48,375 bases of DNA, from positions 1 to 48,375 of IMG/VR virus record IMGVR_UViG_3300044769_000069; one strand, 5' to 3'. The stretch is from a virus (lineage: Duplodnaviria; Caudoviricetes). Each line of letters opens with the position of its first letter. Position 1 is the first letter of the stretch. A model generated the notes under the pieces. The model ran no database searches and was not told the DNA's origin. It saw only the letters and a list, made by a program, of their open reading frames with translations. This document shows, piece after piece, positions 42,373 to 48,375 of the stretch. The position numbers were made by a program, and so were the translations under genes.

Positions 42373-42578
42373 GCGACACACAAGTGGTTGACTTTCTCGG
42401 CCGTGCCATTCAGCTTGGCGCTGTGATCGTGTTCCCGGTGCGCAAGGGCTCCATGATGAAGCTCAAACAGGCCACCGTATGGGACGTGCTGGACAGCGGC
42501 CAAGTGGTGGCCCAGGTGCCCGGACAGCAAAACCTGAGCAAAATCGACCGTAGCGACCGCTGTATTGTGATCGCCTGA
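42369..42578 (+). CDS. Hypothetical protein
   Basis: DFLGRAIQLGAVIVFP, AGGAG RBS. Confidence 0.65.
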   Translation: MSDTQVVDFLGRAIQLGAVIVFPVRKGSMMKLKQATVWDVLDSGQVVAQVPGQQNLSKIDRSDRCIVIA

Positions 42579-42676
42579 GCCCCCACGTTGCCCCAGGATC
42601 AACGCAGCGGCCTTGGGGTAGGCTTACCCCTTGCTTATTTAAGCGCTAGGCCTTAAATCGAAGGAGGAGAACGTAA

Positions 42677-43042
42677 GTGTCTGAAATCATTGAAGAAGCT
42701 AATATCGTTGCAGAACCGAAGAAACGATCCGTGAGGCAATTCCTCAATCAATACAGGAGCTTAGGGCTCCCAGGGGCGCGACGCTTCCGGCGTCGCACAC
42801 GGCTCGAAGAGGCGGCTCGCCGCCACCGGGTTGACGAGCTTTACATCAAGGCCATGGTGCATCAGCTATCGATATTCGTGAAGGCTTTTGAGGAGCTTGA
42901 GAAAGAGGAGAATTGGGCTGTGACCGAATCGAATGAAAGTGTGGGGGATGGATTCGAAGCACCCAAAGACCTTGTGTGGGTGGGGGAGAGTGATCCACTT
43001 GAGATCATCAAAAAAGCGAAACTGGCAGCTATGGGAAATTGA
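42677..43042 (+). CDS. Hypothetical protein
   Basis: 121 aa, AAGGAGG RBS. Confidence 0.65.
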   Translation: MSEIIEEANIVAEPKKRSVRQFLNQYRSLGLPGARRFRRRTRLEEAARRHRVDELYIKAMVHQLSIFVKAFEELEKEENWAVTESNESVGDGFEAPKDLVWVGESDPLEIIKKAKLAAMGN

Positions 43043-43196
43043 CTCCAACTACTTTAACGTGGGGTTGATCATCCGAATGGATCGTGAAGAAGTGGTGATC
43101 ACTGCTCCGATAGTGGAGTACATGGAGGGGTGGCCGCTGGCGCGAGCAAAGGCTTACGCCAAGCGGCGATCCTGGAAAATGAGGAGGGTGTTATGA
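42933..43196 (+). CDS. Hypothetical protein (true start probably downstream of 42933)
   Basis: YFNVGLII..TAPIVEYMEGW..YAKRRSW motif; stop overlaps next ATG. Confidence 0.55.
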   Translation: MKVWGMDSKHPKTLCGWGRVIHLRSSKKRNWQLWEIDSNYFNVGLIIRMDREEVVITAPIVEYMEGWPLARAKAYAKRRSWKMRRVL

Positions 43197-43507
43197 AGAT
43201 TTACAGATACGCACGTGACAGATTCGGTGAAGGTCCGATGATGCTTCACACGGCGAGAGCCATCAAGCAGAAGACTCGATACAAGCTTGCTTACACTGAC
43301 CACGTGTTCGACTACCGCACCTATCTCCCGCTTGATCTAGTCCACGAGACGAAAGAGGCTGCTTACAGATACGCCTTCGACAAGCTGTGCCACCGCACAG
43401 AGCAGCTACGTGTCGATCTGGAGCGCACCGAGAATGCTCTTGACGAGCTTCGCCGGCTCAACCCAACCAAAGCTTCAGAGCCGCTCCTACGGCCAACGCC
43501 CCGATAG
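43193..43507 (+). CDS. Hypothetical protein, last gene of plus arm
   Basis: GAGGAGG RBS, ATG 43193. Confidence 0.6.
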   Translation: MKIYRYARDRFGEGPMMLHTARAIKQKTRYKLAYTDHVFDYRTYLPLDLVHETKEAAYRYAFDKLCHRTEQLRVDLERTENALDELRRLNPTKASEPLLRPTPR

Positions 43508-43727
43508 CCGACCACAAATACCCCACCTGCTTTAGGCGGGCCGCTTGGAGTTGCTCCAGGCGGTCCAGCCTTATCTTCATTCCCAACGCAGTGTCGTTAC
43601 CTTCGAGCAATGTGCGAAGCGCTGTGAAGTTGCGATCATCGGCTTCCGTGTGTCGGGATATGATCTCTTTGATCTCGTTGAGCCCCACCAGTACGGCGTC
43701 TTCTTGTAACGTGTTCCTTCTAGCCAT
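43458..43727 (-). CDS. Coiled-coil protein with C-terminal TM (holin/XhlA-like)
   Basis: GMKIRLDRLEQ followed by hydrophobic C-terminus. Confidence 0.6.
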   Translation of the reverse strand: MARRNTLQEDAVLVGLNEIKEIISRHTEADDRNFTALRTLLEGNDTALGMKIRLDRLEQLQAARLKQVGYLWSAIGALAVGAALKLWLG

Positions 43728-45840
43728 CGTCTTCCTCTCCATGCTCTCCAATCAATTGCTGTATCACCCTTGCGTGCGCCGCGCGTTGCGACGTGCCCGG
43801 TGCCGACCGGAGCATTGCCTTGAACACGTTGCGTCCCTTGACAGTGCCGAGCAGCGCTCCGATGGCCTGTGAGCCCACGACGAGCCCGCCGCCTTGCAGC
43901 ATGGTGGTGGTTGCGCCGCGCATTAAGCCAGACACGAACACACCAGAGCCGATGCTCTGTAAACGCTTCGTCACTGTCTCTGTGTCAGCGCCTGTCTCCT
44001 TTGCGATCTTTGCCACAAGCTTGTCACGTGTCACTTTCGTAGCGGCTTCCGCCGTCTTAGCCGACACCTTACCTGACTGTTCGAGCCCCTTGGTGAGTTG
44101 CTTCGCATAGGCATCAATCGACTCGGGTGTTGAGCGCTGAAGCTGGTTGATGACGCTCTGCATGCTTTGGAAGTCGCGCTCTCCAAGCCCTTTGCGGAGC
44201 ACGGCGTTGTTGCTGCCCGCGGGATCGAGATACTTTCCCCATTCCTTCACGAGCTTCTTCTGATTCAACACCCCACCTTCCATGGAGTTCTCAATCAACT
44301 TGTTTGTGAAAGCTTTCTTCACGCCTTCCCATTGCTTTTCGTTAGGGATAAGCTCGCGTGCTTTCGTGATGGCTTCCTCGGCTCTACTCTTCGTACCGAC
44401 ACGCCCGCCTGTCAACGTGGGCTGGAATATACGGTCCACCACTGCCGCTGGATCGCCTTCGCTGATTGCCCGTGTGAGCGAGCCCTTGCCGAAGTATGGG
44501 ATAAACTCGTTCTTATAGGCATTGTCCAGAGCGAACAGGTCCTTTGCTAACGTAGCATCAGCCTTCGCAATGTCTTCGTTGAGCCCACCGATAAGCTTGC
44601 CAAACTGACTCTTCGCGTAGTCGCCGCTTGCGGCCCGCTGCCCTGCTTTGAGGCGCTGGCGCTCGAAGATAAGATCGCGCACCGTAGGCAATTCAGGAAG
44701 ATCGTTGTTCTTGATATACTCGTCAATGATTCCCTTGACGCGGTCCTTGTCGCTAGGATCGGCTTCCCGGAACTGTTTCCGTAGAGCCTGATATTGATTC
44801 TGCTCGAAGGCATCCATGTCGATAGAAGACTGAATCTTCTTGGCTACGCCTTCGGCAGCGCCCATGCTAGGCCGGCCTGTGACGCCCATTGCCTCGCGTA
44901 TCTTACCGCCTGCGGCAGCGTAGCCTTCGGGTACGGCTTCGATCTGCGATCCACGCATGAGCTTGTCCTCATACCCGGCGTTGAAGCGCTTCTTCTCTGC
45001 GCCCAACTTGCTCATGTACCCCTCTTGCCACGACTCTCCAGCTTCCTTACCGAGCGGAGCATCCTTCGCAAACTTCGCCTTTAGCTCCTGGGCTGTAGGG
45101 ATCGTTGCCTTTTGCTCGTCCGCGATCTCTTCGACATACCGCTTGCCTTGCGCAATTTCCTGCTGAATCTTCGTAAGCTTTTCAGCGCCGGCCTTCTCTG
45201 TCTGTACAAGAGCTTCCTCGGCTTCCTTCGCCCGCATGCGGGACGACTTCAGTAGACGCTCTCCTGCTGGTGTTCCCTTGATGCCCTTCACCATGTTCCT
45301 GACATAGCCGGCTCCGGAGAACGGCGTGAGCACGTCCGCTGTGGACATACCTAGTGCGCCCACCACGTCCGCGGCCTTCTCGAAGCCAAGCTTCTGCAAG
45401 CCGCTGGACATGTCTTCACCGATCCGCGCGGATAGGTTGGCGGCTGGAGCCATGGGGCTAGAAGCTGCGCGTAGGGCTCCCAGGCCAGCCCCCACGATGG
45501 GGTTGTCCACCACACCCTGGTAGGCTTCTGGATTCGCTACGTTGGCGATATTCCCGATTGTCTGACCAATGCCACTTGCCGCTTCGTTGATGATGCCAAG
45601 GCGCTCGCGCACTTGGTTTTCGGGGAGATCGTTCTTGAAGCCTTCTATGACGTTCCCTTGAACGCCAAGCTTCTTCCGAGCGGCATCTACATTACCCGGC
45701 TGCACATAGCTCTCTTGTTTCGGGGTAGAGCTTTGCTTGTAAGCCTTGATCTGATTAAGCACTTCCTCTTGAGAAGCGCCATCAGGACCCTCCACCCGGT
45801 AGGTTATACCCTCCGGGCTCGTGACACGGTATGTTGCCAT
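43720..45840 (-). CDS. Putative DNA ejection/internal virion protein
   Basis: 706 aa helical; MATYRVTSPEGITYRVEGPDGASQEEV N-terminus. Confidence 0.65.
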   Translation of the reverse strand: MATYRVTSPEGITYRVEGPDGASQEEVLNQIKAYKQSSTPKQESYVQPGNVDAARKKLGVQGNVIEGFKNDLPENQVRERLGIINEAASGIGQTIGNIANVANPEAYQGVVDNPIVGAGLGALRAASSPMAPAANLSARIGEDMSSGLQKLGFEKAADVVGALGMSTADVLTPFSGAGYVRNMVKGIKGTPAGERLLKSSRMRAKEAEEALVQTEKAGAEKLTKIQQEIAQGKRYVEEIADEQKATIPTAQELKAKFAKDAPLGKEAGESWQEGYMSKLGAEKKRFNAGYEDKLMRGSQIEAVPEGYAAAGGKIREAMGVTGRPSMGAAEGVAKKIQSSIDMDAFEQNQYQALRKQFREADPSDKDRVKGIIDEYIKNNDLPELPTVRDLIFERQRLKAGQRAASGDYAKSQFGKLIGGLNEDIAKADATLAKDLFALDNAYKNEFIPYFGKGSLTRAISEGDPAAVVDRIFQPTLTGGRVGTKSRAEEAITKARELIPNEKQWEGVKKAFTNKLIENSMEGGVLNQKKLVKEWGKYLDPAGSNNAVLRKGLGERDFQSMQSVINQLQRSTPESIDAYAKQLTKGLEQSGKVSAKTAEAATKVTRDKLVAKIAKETGADTETVTKRLQSIGSGVFVSGLMRGATTTMLQGGGLVVGSQAIGALLGTVKGRNVFKAMLRSAPGTSQRAAHARVIQQLIGEHGEEDDG

Positions 45841-45843
45841 CGA

Positions 45844-47040
45844 CTACTCCTGAACAACGGTCCACTCACCGTTGCTGGCTCCGCTCTTGGCGGGTTTAGC
45901 GGGGGATCGTCCCTTCCATTCGAGCGGAGACAATCCTTCCATGTTCTTTCTCGTTGCTTTGAAGGCAGAGCGAATAGCATCCCCTCTGTCGTAAATGGTG
46001 TTGCCTGTGGCGTCCAGCTGAGCCTTGAACATCTGAGGACCCGTCTTAGGATCACCCAACGCTCTCAAGAAATTCTGCACGTCCTGGTCGCTCATGCGGT
46101 TGTCGTCGTACATCTGTCTCATGCCGATAAGCATGGAGTTTAGTTCTGTAACAAACTTCACTTCATCATCCGTTAGGTTTTTCACTATCGGAAGCTTAGG
46201 GCCATCAGGAGAAAGAAAGGTTGCCATGTTTGCATTACGAGCAAACGACAGCTTCAGGCTTTGAGACAGATCACCCTTGCCCTCTATGGCTTTGTCGTAT
46301 CTCTCTCCGAGGCGCTCAAGACGCTTTAACGAGCCCACTGAGTTTTCGTAGCTTAGCGCCATCTTCTGGTCCGGAGTGGCTGTCTTTACGCGCTGGTCAT
46401 GGAGCCGCTGTGCAGAGGCTTCCTGCGTAGGAGTGAGCCTGCCTTCGGCTGAAGCCTTAGCTATCGCCTCAAAGAACTCGGGCTTGCCCGCTGCCGAGAA
46501 AACATCATTCACACCCTTCTTATTGGTGCCTGCAACGGAAGCTTCTCCCATGGCCTTGCCACGTGCTATGTCGTAGGCTTTCGAGTAGGGGCTTGCCTCT
46601 CCGAGGCCAAACTTGTTCAGGATACCCTGCACCACATCGCCCTGCACAGCCGCGGGAGCCCCCGACTTAGCCAGCGCAGAGATGCCCTGGGAAAGCTGTT
46701 GAGCCTTCTCGTCTGGCACTACCCCACGGAACGGCCCACCGGCCTCAATGCGGGCCTGCATGGTCTGAGGGGATATAGAGGCCCCGTTGTAGACAGGGAT
46801 GTCGGCCTCGGCGTTAATAGAGGGCTTGTCGCTCTCTCTCAAAGGGCCGGCGTAGCCGAGAGCCTTAGCAGCGTTCCCGCCTTCAGGATTAAAGAAGCCC
46901 ACATTCCCGGTAGGCCCAATCCCAAGGCCCGCCGTCATGTTCTGACGGATAAGGCTTGTGAGAGTTTCCAGATTGTCAGGCGTGGGCTGAGTAGCCTGCT
47001 GGTTGTTAATGTTCGCTAGAAGCTCTTGCAGTGTATCCAT
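45844..47040 (-). CDS. Putative DNA ejection/internal virion protein
   Basis: 398 aa helical; RMSDQDV motif; context. Confidence 0.55.
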   Translation of the reverse strand: MDTLQELLANINNQQATQPTPDNLETLTSLIRQNMTAGLGIGPTGNVGFFNPEGGNAAKALGYAGPLRESDKPSINAEADIPVYNGASISPQTMQARIEAGGPFRGVVPDEKAQQLSQGISALAKSGAPAAVQGDVVQGILNKFGLGEASPYSKAYDIARGKAMGEASVAGTNKKGVNDVFSAAGKPEFFEAIAKASAEGRLTPTQEASAQRLHDQRVKTATPDQKMALSYENSVGSLKRLERLGERYDKAIEGKGDLSQSLKLSFARNANMATFLSPDGPKLPIVKNLTDDEVKFVTELNSMLIGMRQMYDDNRMSDQDVQNFLRALGDPKTGPQMFKAQLDATGNTIYDRGDAIRSAFKATRKNMEGLSPLEWKGRSPAKPAKSGASNGEWTVVQE

Positions 47041-47050
47041 CTATCTTCCT

Positions 47051-47638
47051 TTAGTAGGACGTTTTCGATTGCAACGTGCCCGAGCTAAACCCCGTGAGAG
47101 AGCGCTGTCCTTGTCCAGGACCGGGCTCTTGTTTGTCCGCGTTAGGATCGTAGGCCTGTGACGCGCTGGTGGAACTGCCGAGCTTCAATGCTTCTAGGAG
47201 CGAAGGGCTCTGCGTAGCCATGCCACTATACCCTGACACTAGGGACGGGAGAATTGCTTTCATGGCGTCCGCCGCTGCTCCAAGCTGATTGCGCTCCACA
47301 CCAGTTGCATACTGCGCAAGCGACGTACCGTAGGCTCCGCTCTGCTGTGCGCCAGCCCTACGAAATGCATCGGACAGATCGGAGTAGCCCTGATCGATGG
47401 AAGGCTGCATGTCCGCCAGCATACCCTGCAACGTAGTCTGATAAGCAGAATTAGCCGTAGGGTTGCCAAGCAAGTCCATCAGATTCGCAGAAGCGTTCTG
47501 TGTGTTCGCTGCGCCTGACTGCGCGATGGTGCTGGCAAGCGTAGGATCGGAGTATGTGGTTGCCGAGCTAGACTTTGACGCTCCAGGCTGGACAGCGTTC
47601 TTTGCTGCTTTGGTGGCTATCCCGAGGGTAGATGCCAT
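47051..47638 (-). CDS. Putative DNA ejection/pilot protein
   Basis: 195 aa Ala/Ser/Gln-rich. Confidence 0.55.
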   Translation of the reverse strand: MASTLGIATKAAKNAVQPGASKSSSATTYSDPTLASTIAQSGAANTQNASANLMDLLGNPTANSAYQTTLQGMLADMQPSIDQGYSDLSDAFRRAGAQQSGAYGTSLAQYATGVERNQLGAAADAMKAILPSLVSGYSGMATQSPSLLEALKLGSSTSASQAYDPNADKQEPGPGQGQRSLTGFSSGTLQSKTSY

Positions 47639-47656
47639 TTAGTTCTCCTTGTGAAA

Positions 47657-48375
47657 TTAGTCGCCTAACCAGATATACGAAAACTTTGCACCACCACCAC
47701 CCCCACCACCGGCAACTATCTGGTATGAGTATGTGAGCGGAGAAGGTTCAGGAAAGAACATGCCGTAAGGATCACGATACCACGCGGCCACTTCTTCTGC
47801 GGACCATTCTCGATTAGAGATTCCAATGGCGTACATGTGGCATTCATTGTTGTTGCCTTCATAACCACCGCATATCCTAAAAGCAGCCGGGGTGGACGTG
47901 ATGGCGCTGGTTGCAACCGCACGTTGTACCCCGTTCATGTAGATCGCGTTGCCCTTTGTTCCAGCCACAAAGGTCCAGAACTGGACTGCCCTGCTTGAAG
48001 AGTAACCACCCCAGGTGATTCGGTTCGATCCGCCGTTACCACCGAAATCCCAATAGATCGTGCCGTCATTAAAGGGAGCGTAAGTCCCGAGCCCCGAGTT
48101 GGAGGACGTTCCAAACATGCTTCGTATATTCGCTCCAAGATCGGCTCGAATGCAGAAGACGGTGACGGATGAAGCTGGAGTCGTTACGTCAGTTGAGAAG
48201 TATCCAACCGTCCCGCCAGACTTAAATTCCACACCCCTACCGCCAACCGGATCATAGGTGAGGGGCTTAGCTAGGTTGCCTAAGTTGGTCGTGGGAACAC
48301 CCGTGACACGGTTGCGCGGCACTGTGAGGGTACTCGCTGCCGTGTCGATGCTCCTTATGTCTGACATTATCCAGA
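47657..48375 (-). CDS. LamG/ConA-like lectin-fold virion protein, 3' part (full gene 270 aa across junction)
   Basis: FWTFVAG..AIYMNGVQ, ISNREWSAEEVAAWYRDPYGMF. Confidence 0.8.
   Translation of the reverse strand, partial: WIMSDIRSIDTAASTLTVPRNRVTGVPTTNLGNLAKPLTYDPVGGRGVEFKSGGTVGYFSTDVTTPASSVTVFCIRADLGANIRSMFGTSSNSGLGTYAPFNDGTIYWDFGGNGGSNRITWGGYSSSRAVQFWTFVAGTKGNAIYMNGVQRAVATSAITSTPAAFRICGGYEGNNNECHMYAIGISNREWSAEEVAAWYRDPYGMFFPEPSPLTYSYQIVAGGGGGGGAKFSYIWLGD
48231..48375. repeat. Terminal direct repeat, right copy
   Basis: Matches 1-145 with one mismatch. Confidence 0.97.

Noticed and set aside
47657-48375. Diversity-generating retroelement acting on the lectin-like gene
   Set aside because: No reverse transcriptase ORF and no separate template/variable repeat pair seen; the only duplicate is the terminal overlap with a single mismatch

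Overview
The window is an apparently complete, circularly permuted dsDNA tailed-phage genome of about 48,230 bp. A 145-bp terminal overlap (1-145 = 48231-48375, one mismatch) cuts a gene in frame. The layout is podovirus-like with two divergent arms. The minus-strand late arm (22570 leftward, wrapping through the junction to 43458) encodes TerS, TerL, a P22-like portal, holin, scaffold, major capsid protein, endolysin, adaptor, tail/nozzle and fibre proteins and ejection proteins. The plus-strand early/replication arm (23166-43507) encodes a gp88-like protein, DUF932, a Mesh1-like HD hydrolase, an HTH, a serine recombinase, primase, a split family-A DNA polymerase, a Cas4-like nuclease, a DnaB-like helicase, an HNH nuclease and nucleotide-metabolism enzymes. 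The standout is a translationally coupled three-gene nonulosonic (sialic-like) acid module inside the capsid/head operon: a methyltransferase-Maf/DUF115 transferase fusion, a NeuB synthase and a SpsF-type cytidylyltransferase. It suggests phage-directed sialylation-like decoration of the virion. Also notable are dense AGCGCT and TGACA motif clusters and repeated start-associated sequences in the early region, a palindromic candidate origin, and a frameshifted three-part polymerase with an atypical motif B. All family assignments come from motif recognition by eye; no database searches were run.
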